DNA of 64,000 nucleotides from Perkinsus olseni (Eukaryota): NCBI GenBank assembly GCA_013115125.1, contig JABANN010000074.1, positions 1 to 64,000 of the forward strand, read 5' to 3'. Shown piece by piece: positions 53,001 to 64,000 of this stretch (position 1 is its first letter; each line of letters starts with the position of its first letter). The notes under the pieces were generated by a model. It saw only the letters and a program-made list of their open reading frames with translations, ran no database searches and was not told where the DNA came from. The position numbers and the translations under genes were made by a program.

Positions 53001-54592
53001 ATGTGGCTTTGGTATTTTTTCATCGACTCCATGTTGTCCATTTTCAGGCGTCCGGTCGTAAGTTGAAAGACATGATGGCGAGTTGGACCGAGCAGATGGG
53101 GTATCCTCTTCTCGAGGTCGGCCCGATTGTGAATGGCAAATGTGAAGTCACCCAGTCCTACTTCCTCGGGGATGGGTCGGTCGAGGAGGGCGACTCTGAT
53201 AAGAAGTGGATCGTTCCAATATTCGTTGGCACCAACAAGACCCCATCCGGCGAGAAGGGTGACCTCTCTGTCATGAACCAGAGTGAGATGAAGATTCCTG
53301 TGGATGGGAGTGCTAAGTGGGTACTGTTCAAGTTTGGTGCTCTGGTACCGTACAGAGTCCATTACAAATCTGACGAGATGTGGCAGAGTATCCTGAGGGG
53401 CATCGAAGCCGGAGAGCTCTCCGTGAAGGACCGTATTGCAGTCATCGACGACATCTGGGCCATGGTCAGAGCTGGTCGCAGCAAGCCTGAGGAAGCAGTT
53501 AAAGCGTTGAAGACCTTCGCTAAGGAGGAGGATGCTGATGTGTGGCAAGCGCTGAGAGGCGTCATCGGTGGTATGTCAACTATGTGTGGAGGCATCGGCC
53601 AGACGGAAGGCCTCAACCGTCTCGTCTCTGCCATGATAGCTCCTGCCCTTGGTAAGGTGGGATGGTCAGCTTCCTATGGCGAAGACATCAAGACGAGGCA
53701 GTTGAGGGCCAACTTAGTGGCGCTGGCGAGTGTGCACTGCAGACACAAGAAGGAGTATGTCCACACGGCTCGACACATGATGGACAACTTCTTCGCGGAT
53801 AGCGGTAGCCTGGCGGATGATGTCAGACAATCTGTGTTCCGGTTGGCTTTGGGTGGCTCGAGCTTGGAGGAGTCCGGGAAGTTGTGGTATCAGCTTATGA
53901 AGGTTGCTGAGGACCCTCATACACCCCAGGGCACTCGAGTGGATGCTTTCGCTACTTTAGGGTGAGTCTGTTCGAACAAAGTTTTATGCTACAATTACGT
54001 TATCAATAGATTCCCGTGCTGTACACATTGTTGTCCTCCCGATGTTTTGAGGACCTTTATATAAGGGTTCAATCAGGTACGTGACAGACCCGATGTTAAA
54101 GCAGCGTACTCTAGACTGGTGTTTGAGCCCTTCTGTGAAGCCTCAGGATTTCTTCCAACCAATGCTAGGTGGGTGTGCTGCTGCTTGCCTTCTGACTGTT
54201 CCATTGGTATTTTCTCAGGCGTTCGCGCGTCGGGTGAAGAGGCAGCCAAGTTCTGTTGGAAGTGGCTTGAGGCCAACTTCCCCGCGGTCTTCGCTCGGGT
54301 CTCCACGTCAAGGCCGAACCTCCTGACCAACGTCTTCAACTGCTGCGCTGGAGGCTCCTGTACAGAGGAGATGGCGCAAAGGGTGGAGGCTCTCACGAAG
54401 GAATACCATCTCAAAATTGTAGGCGGAGCGAAGTTTTTCTTCCAGTGCTTTCGACTTTCCTGTTTTCAGATCGCCAGGGCGTTGTCTCAGTTATGCGAGT
54501 CCATTCGTGCCAATGCGCGTTTGGTGAACTCCGCGAAGTCGAGTGTCGTATCGTCTGCTGACTACTGGTCGGCCTTGTTAACATCTATGTGA
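50098..54592 (+). CDS. M1 family (puromycin-sensitive-like) aminopeptidase, multi-exon
   Basis: [59 protein letters not shown] (HEXXH..E), FDAISYDKG. Confidence 0.93.
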
Positions 54593-55069
54593 GTGTTATG
54601 ATGATGATTAATCAACTATTGAGTATTTATGGCCTTTCAAGTCCCTTCAAGGTTTTCTCACCCATTCGCTGTCTGTGTTCGTAGTGGGTGTAGGGTGACC
54701 GGAGGATGTACAGCGGCAGACCATTCCCAACGGCCGATGACTGAGTTTACGACGGACGGGTCAGCGGTCGAATGTTTTCTATGACATGCAGTTAACATAG
54801 TGAAGAGAGTACCGTATATGCCGCGTAGAGCATCTATTAAGCGACTCACAGCATCAGTACCGTAAGACTGGGGCTACGGCTTAGTGGGGCTCAAAAGGAA
54901 CTGTGGGGGGAAATAGGAATCGCCTGCCCGGACGGCCAAAGAAGACGCGGTTGTTGCTCATTGCTCGTCCAGTGTGAGTCCGAACTAACCTCAGGGACTC
55001 GTCTCAGACTTGAGTCCTTGTCCTACGGCCTTGTCGTTTGTGATCAGCTTTGGTTGTCTGGTTATCGGA

Positions 55070-56917
55070 ATGTCGAGTGCCTTCGCTGGATTCACGGCTC
55101 GGTTCGGCATCCCTAGCTTCGTAGCCGGCCTGATAGTCGGCGGGGCGGGCGCGGGGCTCCAACAGCGACGCCTCTCCCCTGACAAGGAGGAGGAAGCTGC
55201 GGATGGTGGTGAGTTGGTCCATGGTGATTGGTGAGGGCAGTGATGTTGTAGGAGAGAAGGTATTGGCGGGCAAGCATTACCCCTCGCCGAAGTTGCCCTC
55301 ACAGGAGCATCTACTGGAACGACAGTCGTATGTGTCTAGTGTTAATTACGCCACTAAAATCCCGAATTGGGTAAGAGTTGGTATGGTAATGGTAGGTGTG
55401 ATGCTTCTCCTGTAGGTAGCTGAGGCAATTACGTACAATAGTGTGACCAGCAAGAACGCTGACAGGAAGAGGGCAGTCTTCAAGGCTGATGATGGGGTCC
55501 CTGAGATGTAGGCGATGTGAGCGTACTGGATACACCATCTTGGCTTGGCGTAACGTAGGGTCTTCATGGGCATATAGAAGAATTCGTAGAAACACTGGTA
55601 GACTGTAGGGCGGAATGACAATACTGCAGGTCACTAATAGTCGGTCACAAAGTTCGACTTCTCAATAGATCAGAGCGTTTCCAACACCAGACTGAACAAC
55701 ACAAATATTGAACCCCTTTGAACTGATATTATGTACACCTATCGACAACTAGAAATTAAGTTCCTCTTCCCTGATGGTAAGGGTATCCAAGACTGGAGTG
55801 TTAGTCAGGTTTAGAGCATCCAATGCGGACTACTGGGACTCGGGTTGGTCCAGGGGTCATCTGTCTATGGCGGGAGCACACAAGGACGATCAAGATGCTC
55901 AGAATGATACCTTCTTGCTTAGTGGGAACATCGTAAGGAGGGTGGGAAGAATCTTAGGTTGACTCTGGCTTTTGGCAGGTACCGCAAGATCTTAGTATGA
56001 ATGGCTCAGATTGGCTTCGTCTCGAGTGAGTGCACCGCAGCGATTCTGTGTATGGCCAGCTTCGACCTCAGATACCTGACTCTGGATCTTGCAAGAGAGC
56101 ATGGTCCCGACTCGGATGATGCGGTGTACGTTGTCTCTGGCCCCTTATGGATGGCAGACTCTCCCGAGGACAAGCTCACCAAAGACATTGGGGCCAAGCC
56201 TCATACTAAGGTAGGATTTCGTTATAAGTTACGTTTGGAGTGGTATTATTACTGCAAGTACCTTCACTACTGCCACGTTTCGGCGTTGGGAACGGAAATG
56301 GAGTTGAAAAGAGCTTGAGTCCGTCTGTTGTGTCCTCTCAGGTCCTCAATGATGGTAGTAACGGCAAGCCGCGGCGTTATGAAGTGAAGTACGAGGTGAT
56401 TGGTGACAACGAGCTGGCCGTGCCCACGCACATGTACAAGGTCGTCTATGACACCAAGACCAACTCCTCAGCTGCTTTTATCATGCCCAACAAGCCCATT
56501 CGCTATGAGAAGAATCTGAAGCATTATCAAGTTCCCATCGAGAGAGTAGAGAAGGCCACGGGTCTCGACTTAACAGCTATGAAGCGCGGCAGTGATCTGT
56601 GTGGTCCCGAGAGTCGTTGTGTGAAGAAGGGTGGCCGGCGTATCAACTCCTGGCGGATGTTTGGGGCTATCCAGAGCGCCGCCAAGGAGAGGGAGACGTT
56701 CGTGAGGAGAGTCAAGAGGGCGATCGATCGCAATTATCTGACTGATGATAACTTCCTCTTAACGAAGATGATACGTGAGGAGATGGTGGACCATCACGCT
56801 GCCACTAACCCAGTGGAGCTGCTCGGGCCGGGTGAGTACGCGGACAAGCTGCAGCAAGCGTTCGACGGGCTAGATGCTCGCAAGGGCGGGAAGAAGACCG
56901 TGAAGGAGTCGGCCTGA
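55070..56917 (+). CDS. DNA/RNA non-specific endonuclease (endonuclease G/Nuc1-like), multi-exon
   Basis: KIPNWVAE, WSRGHL catalytic motif, VYVVSGPL, YEVIGDNELAVPTHMYKVV, AFIMPN, IERVEKATGL. Confidence 0.85.
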
Positions 56918-57172
56918 TTTATGTGATGCTTTCCTAACGTTCCTTCTTGACTACTGTTGAGTTATCGAGGTATTGGGGGTGTTGCTGTTGGCCTTCATTC
57001 CCCTTGCCCCTCTGACTTCCCTTTGACTGAACACTAGACACCGTAGACATAGTGTAACTATCACAGTTAACAGCAATAGAGAGAGATATATATCAACAGG
57101 AACGCCGTTGGCTGCAAGCTGCAGCCCTCAGCTATAATCGATCAAGCAGCGCAAGATACGGCAAGTGAGTGG

Positions 57173-57751
57173 TCATGGCGACTGGAGCGAGGTATCGCTT
57201 GCACGCCCCCCAGCCATGGCCACAGCGCCGTGACTATCCAACCACGAAACCACTTTCGATGGAAGACGACGCGTTTTAGTAGGCTTAAAGGCACCAACAA
57301 CAGAATTCACATCAATAGTCCAAGTAAAATCAGGCCTTTCGCGGACCAACGGACGTTTATAGCAACCTTTACTATCCTTATTAAGCGAGAGAGCTTGGAG
57401 AGTGTCGCCCTCACGGTCCATCACTTCCATAATATAAAGAGTACGACGCGGCTCCGACGAACTAGACGAGTCAACAACCGCATCACAGGGGTAGATCACG
57501 AAGTCACCAGTAGAGATTTCCGCAATCGGAATACCAACATCAACTTGAAAACCTTGAATCCGTACCTGAAAATACTGCCTGCCAAACGGGCAGGGCTTAC
57601 GACGAATTAGTTGCAAGATCAGTGACGTCTCATCCTGAGTCAGCAACAGTAGCTGGGCTGCTTGCCACAGCTTACGCCCCTCGGAAGCAGTCCAAGTTAC
57701 CAGGTGCCCCAGTGCAAGTCTCATGCAGTGGCTGCTGCCGACCAACTGCAA
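57173..57751 (-). CDS. Probable pol/integrase C-terminal remnant of the LTR element
   Basis: Open frame running through the purine tract and stopping in the 3' LTR; no RT/RH/IN catalytic motifs. Confidence 0.4.
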   Translation of the reverse strand: MQLVGSSHCMRLALGHLVTWTASEGRKLWQAAQLLLLTQDETSLILQLIRRKPCPFGRQYFQVRIQGFQVDVGIPIAEISTGDFVIYPCDAVVDSSSSSEPRRTLYIMEVMDREGDTLQALSLNKDSKGCYKRPLVRERPDFTWTIDVNSVVGAFKPTKTRRLPSKVVSWLDSHGAVAMAGGRASDTSLQSP

Positions 57752-57772
57752 GTCTCATGCAGTTCCTACTAG

Positions 57773-58783
57773 TCATTGACTAGTAGTCAAAGCTTCGCGC
57801 CTGAATCCGCAGCGCGCCCCCCACGGGTAGCCACCTGGTCCATCAACTTCATGGAGGAGACGTCTAATAGTCCAAACCAACAATATACCAGAAGGACTAG
57901 AACTCAATCTAGAGTGAATGCACCTCTCGCGCTCAATAGTACGCACCATACTGTCACCACGCTCGATGGCTTGGGGAAGGGAGGACCACTGCTTCAGAAG
58001 ACAAAGAGGATGCCTAAGGTTTGGAATTTCCAGCTCCTGAACCTCACGAAGCGTTGCCTCCGCCTTGTCAAGCACTGATTGGCAGGCAGTGACATAACGA
58101 TGGTAGAGCTCCTTAATGTCTTCAGCAGAAGTAGGATCATCGGCCTCGAGATGGAGTCTCTGAATCCGTCGCCAGGCCATAACATCAGAATCTGCATCCA
58201 GCAACTCACCAGCAGGTGCGGCTTTAGCAAGAAGAGCAGTCTTAATAGCGTCGGCGACGGGCCTTGGTAAAAACCCAGCATAAACATATAAACGAATCGG
58301 AGCAGTACTACCAGTACACTCAGAGAGAGACAGCGATAAGGCGCGAGTAAAGCGTTCGTAAGTAAAACGAGGACCTCCACCACCACTTTTAGACTGTACT
58401 GCATTCCAAAGGGTAGGGTCATAGTAAGCGTCGCGATGAGGAGGAAGATGCCAGGCAGAGCTGAAACCGGACAAGCTGATCCCCAGCTTGGATCCATTGG
58501 TGCCAACGAAAAAAAGATTTTCTAAGGCGGGAGAGTGGATCGAAAAACCGAGAAGTTCCTCACAAACTTTCACGGGTGGGAGAGCCACTAGCTCTGCTAG
58601 GGAGCTAGAAAGCTTCTCTTCTTCGTCCCTCAAGGTTAGGCGGGCCGCATCGCGCAAAGCCGCAGAAAAGAGTTCAGAGGAAGTTTGAGAGACAAGAAGT
58701 CCGGACGGTGCACCATGCTGTTGGCCTTCATTCCCCTTGCCCCTCTGACTTCCCTTTGACTGAACACTAGACACCGTAGACAT
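57773..58783 (-). CDS. Gag-like ORF of the LTR element (336 aa)
   Basis: First ORF of the element, intronless, ATG inside the 5' LTR; gag call is positional. Confidence 0.55.
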   Translation of the reverse strand: MSTVSSVQSKGSQRGKGNEGQQHGAPSGLLVSQTSSELFSAALRDAARLTLRDEEEKLSSSLAELVALPPVKVCEELLGFSIHSPALENLFFVGTNGSKLGISLSGFSSAWHLPPHRDAYYDPTLWNAVQSKSGGGGPRFTYERFTRALSLSLSECTGSTAPIRLYVYAGFLPRPVADAIKTALLAKAAPAGELLDADSDVMAWRRIQRLHLEADDPTSAEDIKELYHRYVTACQSVLDKAEATLREVQELEIPNLRHPLCLLKQWSSLPQAIERGDSMVRTIERERCIHSRLSSSPSGILLVWTIRRLLHEVDGPGGYPWGARCGFRREALTTSQ

Positions 58784-59300
58784 AGTGTAACTATCACAGT
58801 TAACAGCAATAGAGAGAGATATATATCAACAGGAACGCCGTTGGCTGCAAGCTGCAGCCCTCAGCTATAATCGATCAAGCAGCGCAGGATACGGCAAGTG
58901 AGTGGTCATGGCGACTGGAGCGAGGTATCGCTTGCAGTGTTCAATAGACCAGTTTCAATTTAGCATGTACAGTACAGTCCTTGGGTCGGGAACCTCAGGA
59001 GGGGCAGTCTCTCCTGAGTTCCTGGGCCGCTCTCAAAATCGTATTCAACGTGTGAAAGATGATCTTGGGAGCGCTCTTGGAACTCATGGGGTGCTCACTA
59101 ACCCAATTTTGAAACTCAGAATCGATTCTGGAACCGCAGTTTACGTGTACAGAAATAATTCCAGAATCGAGTCTCAGTTTCACAAGTACTTCGTTGAACG
59201 GGGAGAGTCTATCCGACAGCACCCGGGCTGATTTTCGGGCGAGCGCGAATTGACAATGCGCTGTTGCTGTAATGATTGTTGGTAATTAGTTGTTGTTGTA

Positions 59301-60239
59301 ATGGAAGTATCCTCGGTCACGACCCAGGCGGATTCGACCGGGTCGGTTGAGGAGGCTGCTGGGGTGTTGGCTTGTCGGACGGAGGTCTGGGCCCCTCTAT
59401 TGGAGGGCCTGGCGATAGAGAGCACGGCTGTTGACATCGACCAGGACTTTGTAGACTACCTCAATGAAGACGGTCTGGAGGGAGGGGCGTTACCTATGCC
59501 GAGGAGAGATTCGGAAGACAGTGATAGTGATTGGGAATATGATGACTCTCCTCGACCTGAATCGTATCCTGCCAGCTCAACCTTGGCAGAAAGATTCCCT
59601 GTATTGAACGCGCGAGTCGAAGAGGTGATAGGAGGTTTCGGCGGCTTCGCCTTTCCGAAGCTCTCTTGGTCGGCGCCGACCGATGCCGAGTGGCTTCGCG
59701 GCCCGGACGGGCTGAAGTGCCGGAATTTGGACGAAGTCGCCGTTCTATTGAAAGCAAGCGACTTCTCCCAGTTCGACCTTCAGCGACTAGCACTACCCGA
59801 GGGTCAACGTCAAATCGCCCCCTTGCCGAAGCTGATCTTGAAACCGTATCTTGAGCCCTTCCACGAGACACTGGAGTTCCGATGTTTCGTGAGAAACCGA
59901 AAACTGCGAGGAGTTTGTCCGAGGCACCTCACGGGGCATCTTCCATTCTTACAGGAGATGATGTTCGGAGAGGATCAGGGTCTGGCCAAACTACGCGAAT
60001 TTATCGAGGATCAAGTTATGATACGCCTCGCGAGCGAGGACTATGATAGGATCGTTATTGATGTGTACAAGCAAAAGGATAGGTATCTTGTGGTGGACTT
60101 GGGACCATGGGACGAGGAGCTCACGGATTCATTATTGTTTACTTGGGAGGAGCTACAGCAGGAAGGGGGTGATGAGGTGGAATGGAGGGAAGTCCCTCGA
60201 GGGTCTATGCCGACTGACCCCAGTGCTGTCCGGAAGTGA
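59301..60239 (+). CDS. CDC123: Cell division cycle protein 123 (D123, ATP-grasp)
   Basis: FVDYLNEDG, AFPKLSWSAPTDAEW, LLKASDF, LEFRCFVRNRKL, DSLLFTWEEL. Confidence 0.88.
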   Translation: MEVSSVTTQADSTGSVEEAAGVLACRTEVWAPLLEGLAIESTAVDIDQDFVDYLNEDGLEGGALPMPRRDSEDSDSDWEYDDSPRPESYPASSTLAERFPVLNARVEEVIGGFGGFAFPKLSWSAPTDAEWLRGPDGLKCRNLDEVAVLLKASDFSQFDLQRLALPEGQRQIAPLPKLILKPYLEPFHETLEFRCFVRNRKLRGVCPRHLTGHLPFLQEMMFGEDQGLAKLREFIEDQVMIRLASEDYDRIVIDVYKQKDRYLVVDLGPWDEELTDSLLFTWEELQQEGGDEVEWREVPRGSMPTDPSAVRK

Positions 60240-60460
60240 GCTGCTGAGGCGTTGATGGTGCTTTATGCATGTTTTCGATCATTGTTCTCAGACAAGCCTC
60301 CCGAATGCCGGTCGAAGTTGCCCAGCAGCTGTTGCTCCATGGAGGAGACGTTGAGAAGTTAGTCGACTCGCTACGTTAAGTGTACGTTTTCTCTGATGGT
60401 TATTGTGTTGGTTGGTCATCGGATGGGCGTGGGTTCGATTCCTTGTGACTCCTTTTCGCG

Positions 60461-62797
60461 ATGGCGAACAATCTGGAGAACATCGACATGCCGGCTGACA
60501 AGAAGGCGTATATAATAAGCAAGCTCAACCCGGTGCTGGAGGAGATGGTCACTCGGATCGTCACGGACCTTCCTGAGGATCTCCCCGGGCATGCCGACGA
60601 GTTGCGGATGTTATGGTATGAGAGTATGCAGGTGCATGATAGCATTTCTGAGAGAGAAGGCGGGGCCTGGAGCGAGGGGAGCTGATGAAGGGACTTTGCG
60701 AGCGGAAAATGAGGACTTGAAGGCAACAAGGCGTTGTTGGGCGTTGACAGTCGAAGTGGCTGTTTTCTCAGAACCAGTTGGCTAAGCTGAGGGCTGAGAT
60801 AAGGACATCTATCGGAGGTGATGTCGATCAAGCGTATCTTAGATCTCTGTGATTGGCATGCTTCGACCTCCCTCAGACGATGGTACGGGGCTGGATTCGG
60901 ACGCGGAGTCGGAGGCTGAGGATGATGAGGACTATGTTGACGATTTGCCTGCCAACTTCCTTATGCCGGAGAGTCAGAAGGGTGAGTTGAGGATGGAGCG
61001 GTACTAATATAGCCTCATAAAAACGGCATTAGATCATTCGGCATTGGATACTGGTCCACTCGAAAATTGCAGAGCGTGGCATAATACAGATTTGTACGCA
61101 GATCCACTGATTAGGTGTGGCCACAATGAGGAAAAATTGCGGAAAAACTTTTTGATCTCCCCATGTATTAAATATTTTGGTATAAATTAATTTCGAGATT
61201 TTCTCTTGAAATTAAGCGATGCACAATATTTTTGGTGATATCTTTATGCTCGGTAGGTAAGACGCGTGCGTCAGTGTCAGCTGAGGCCTATGGTGCTTGG
61301 AACGTGAAGCAAGCCTTCACTGCCCCTGTAGTGCCCAAGTCTGAGGAACAGAAACAGAGGATTAGAAAGGCACTACCGCAGCCTCCTCCTGGCATGCTGC
61401 TCAATCAACGTCGTGGATAGATACTGAGCAAGTCGTTCATGTTTGCCAGTGTTGAGGAGCGAGAGATGGCTGTCGTTGTGGACGCGATGGCGGAGGTAGT
61501 GAATAGGGGTGTAGAATCATAATGTGGGTGAATTGCGGTTGCGAGGGGGTCAATGTTAGGATTCCCGATTGCGCACGTCCAAGATTCTAGTATTTTCATC
61601 TGTGAGTATTCGAGTATCGCATGCGGATGCCAGTCTAGCTTCATTCCGTCGATTATGGAAGGAAGTGGAACGCGTCAGTTGGGGCGAGCGCAACATCTCT
61701 GTCGGCGACATGGAGATTGTTACGATCGCCACTTGTGGTCCTGTGGTGTACTCGGGCCGTTGTCTGGTGAGTCCTCTTCAGGTTAAACTCGAGGCGGGGG
61801 TGCGCGTTATCAAGCAAGGTGATGATGGCGATTTCCTCTTCGTTATCGAGGAGGGCACGCTGGACTGCATCAAAGAGGTATTAGCAGTACACGCTTGGTC
61901 AACTGTGATGGAAGCCGTTGTGGTCAGATCGATGGCGAGGAGAAGGTCGTGAAAACCTGCGAGAGCGGAGACGTGTTCGGTACCATCCGTTACAGAAGTT
62001 TATTTCAGTATTTTGCGTCTCGGTAGGGGAACTGTCACTCCTCTACAATTGCCCGAGGGCGGCTCATGTTCAATCGAAGGACGCTTGTGTGTTGTGGAAG
62101 CTCGATAGGGAGACCTTCAATCATATTGTCAAGGTGAGTTGCGGAAAATGTGGTATCAGTAGCACGCATCGACAGTTCATCTCAGGACGCTGCTGCTGAG
62201 AAGCGCGAACGCTACGAGACTTTCCTACAGAAGGTTCCTCTTCTGGCAGCCATGGGAGCTTATGAGCGATCCCAAGTGAGAGTCATGAGTCTCGCATCGG
62301 TGCCGTCCTGTATTGTCCTAGACGTTGGCTGGCCTGGTTAATTCTTGCCTGTCGCGTCGAGCCAGCCAGCTGTTGTCTCTCAGATAGCGGACGCCCTGAA
62401 GCCTCAGTCGTTTGCCGATTCTGATGCTGTGATAATGACCCAGGGGGAGCCAGGGGACGTCTTCTATATCCTAGAGGAGGGTTCTGCATATGCTGAGAAA
62501 AACGGCGCGAGGGTCGGCCGCCAGCCAGTGGAGTCGAACCCTCAACGCTCGTGAGTAGGTGATGGAGTATTCTCCCGGCAGCTACTTCGGCGAGTTGGCC
62601 CTCATTAAGAATGAACCCCGGGCGGCGACGGTGAAGGCTGGCGGTGAGTTGGCTGGGTGTGGACGATGATGATGATGTGAAGGGTTCCTCCTCCAGAGTT
62701 GGGGGCTAAGTTGTTGGCACTCGATAGGAGGTCGTTCAAGAGGCTCCTCGGCAGTGTGGAGGAGTTGTTGAGGAAGCAAGCGGATGAATATCAGTGA
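60461..62797 (+). CDS. PKAr: cAMP-dependent protein kinase regulatory subunit, multi-exon
   Basis: Dimerisation/docking-like N-terminus, inhibitor site TRASVSAEAYG, two cNMP domains FGELSLLYNCPRAA and YFGELALIKNEPRAATV. Confidence 0.93.
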
Positions 62798-63253
62798 AGA
62801 GGGCTCCGTCGGTATGTCTCTCCACGAGGAGGTTGGTTTTTAGGAGACGAAATCCGCGCCTGAAATGATGGTGGCAATTATTTGGGAATTTACAACACGT
62901 CGTGTTTGTGTTCGAAGTGATTTGGTGCACACGAGTCGGCTCCTGTGGTGGCGCATCTTCTGCCTCGGGGGCTCGCTTCAGCGGATGGTGTGCTCTCTCT
63001 CACATTGGGACGGTAGTGGCTCTCTTTCGTGTGAGGCTCTTCGATGGAGTGGCTTCAGGAGGGTTCACGTTGCGTCGAGATTTTGATATTTTTCTATTCA
63101 GAGATCGATGCCTGCTGGATGACTATCAGCTCAGCCCTCGGGCCTCCCATGACGCTAATGTCCATGGAATCATTGTTGTCTGCCGGAGTTCGTCGTCTTG
63201 TGTTGCAGTGGAAGTGGGGAGGTCGAAACGTATAAAAAAGGAGAAAGCTGTTA

Positions 63254-64000
63254 TGGGCTCCTCGCCCGCATCTTTTCGACCGAGGACGCTGAGCTTGGAG
63301 CATACATTCTGATACGCCGAAGGCTACCGATAGTCCTTCTAGGATCGCATCTTCCCGTTTCGAGGGTATCCAAGGTCGATGCTTGTCAAGGATAGAAAAT
63401 GTCGTAGTGTTTCCCCTGGATGCACTATCAACTGACACGGTGGAGACGAGTAACCCTAGCGGCCACAGTGGCAGCCTTCAGCGGTTTTTACATCGCCTCT
63501 GATATCAAACGACGGGAAGCATGTAGGCCCTCCCTGTTAGAGGTGGTCAGCCAACGACCTGCCCTCTCAGGTGCCACCTGGGCTCGATCGCTCACCCGCG
63601 GTGCAGCCCTCATCAAACTCGTTACTCAACAGCAGCAGGAGGCCGCAAGCATGTCTTCAATCCGAGGGGAGCCACCCGTCCAAGGAGGGCTGATAGGAAG
63701 CGTCACGCGGCTCATAATCCAATCAGCATCTGGGATGGAGGTTCTCACACCGTGAGCGTTGCTAGGCCCTCCTACGGCGTCCAGCTTATGCCTTCAGATC
63801 TGCACAGCTTCAACTGGCAAGTGACAAGTCCTTCCTAGAGTTCCTCTGGGCCTGCCATAGCCAAGATATCCTCATGCGGCTCTTCGCTGCCATACCACCC
63901 CAAACGGTAATCGTGAGCGTCAGGTTGACCGCAGCCTCCTCCCCTAGGCTATCAACATAGTAGCTACAGCGCCGTCAACGACAGCCCTCCTTTCCTTCTG
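63254..64000 (+). CDS. Partial hypothetical protein with a transmembrane-like segment, runs off window
   Basis: RWRRVTLAATVAAFSGFYIASDIKRR segment; splice-like sites; no family recognised. Confidence 0.3.

Larger units (their letters stand above)
56983..58936 (-). mobile_element. Non-autonomous LTR retroelement, 1,954 bp
   Basis: Direct repeats 56983-57203 and 58716-58936 (221 bp, TG...CA, one mismatch seen); GTGT flanks both ends (TSD); PBS TGGTGCACCGTCCGG next to the 5' LTR; G-rich tract next to the 3' LTR. Confidence 0.92.

Noticed and set aside
55535-55545. ccatcttggct, resembling part of a dinoflagellate/Perkinsus spliced leader
   Set aside because: Only 11 nt match, inside an EndoG intron, and flanks do not match; likely chance.

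Overview
Eukaryotic, gene-dense DNA with many short spliceosomal introns. Gene content (ApiAP2-type protein, alveolate-like PKA-R and FBPase) and intron style suggest an alveolate, most plausibly a Perkinsus-like protist; this is inference. Housekeeping genes recognised by motif: an AP2-domain protein, KH-domain protein, BMT5/DUF2431 methyltransferase with C2H2 fingers, FHA protein, MCM4, NOL1/NOP2/Sun methyltransferase, DHAR/CLIC-type GST, FBPase, tRNA-Arg(TCG), MAPEG protein, Pcf11-like protein, alanine aminotransferase, truncated globin, M1 aminopeptidase, EndoG-type nuclease, Cdc123 and the PKA regulatory subunit. There are two gene-poor islands (~9.3-16.8 kb and ~38.7-50 kb). The second carries decayed non-LTR and tyrosine-recombinase elements plus the most striking feature: three short intronless genes for secreted Cys-rich prepropeptides (signal peptide, RRA motif, 7-10 Cys ending CxCECP). 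Two of them sit in a ~1.2 kb unit present three times; the third unit has lost its peptide. A young 1,954-bp non-autonomous LTR element (221-bp LTRs, GTGT TSD, PBS) lies at 56,983-58,936. Multi-exon gene boundaries were read by eye and are approximate.
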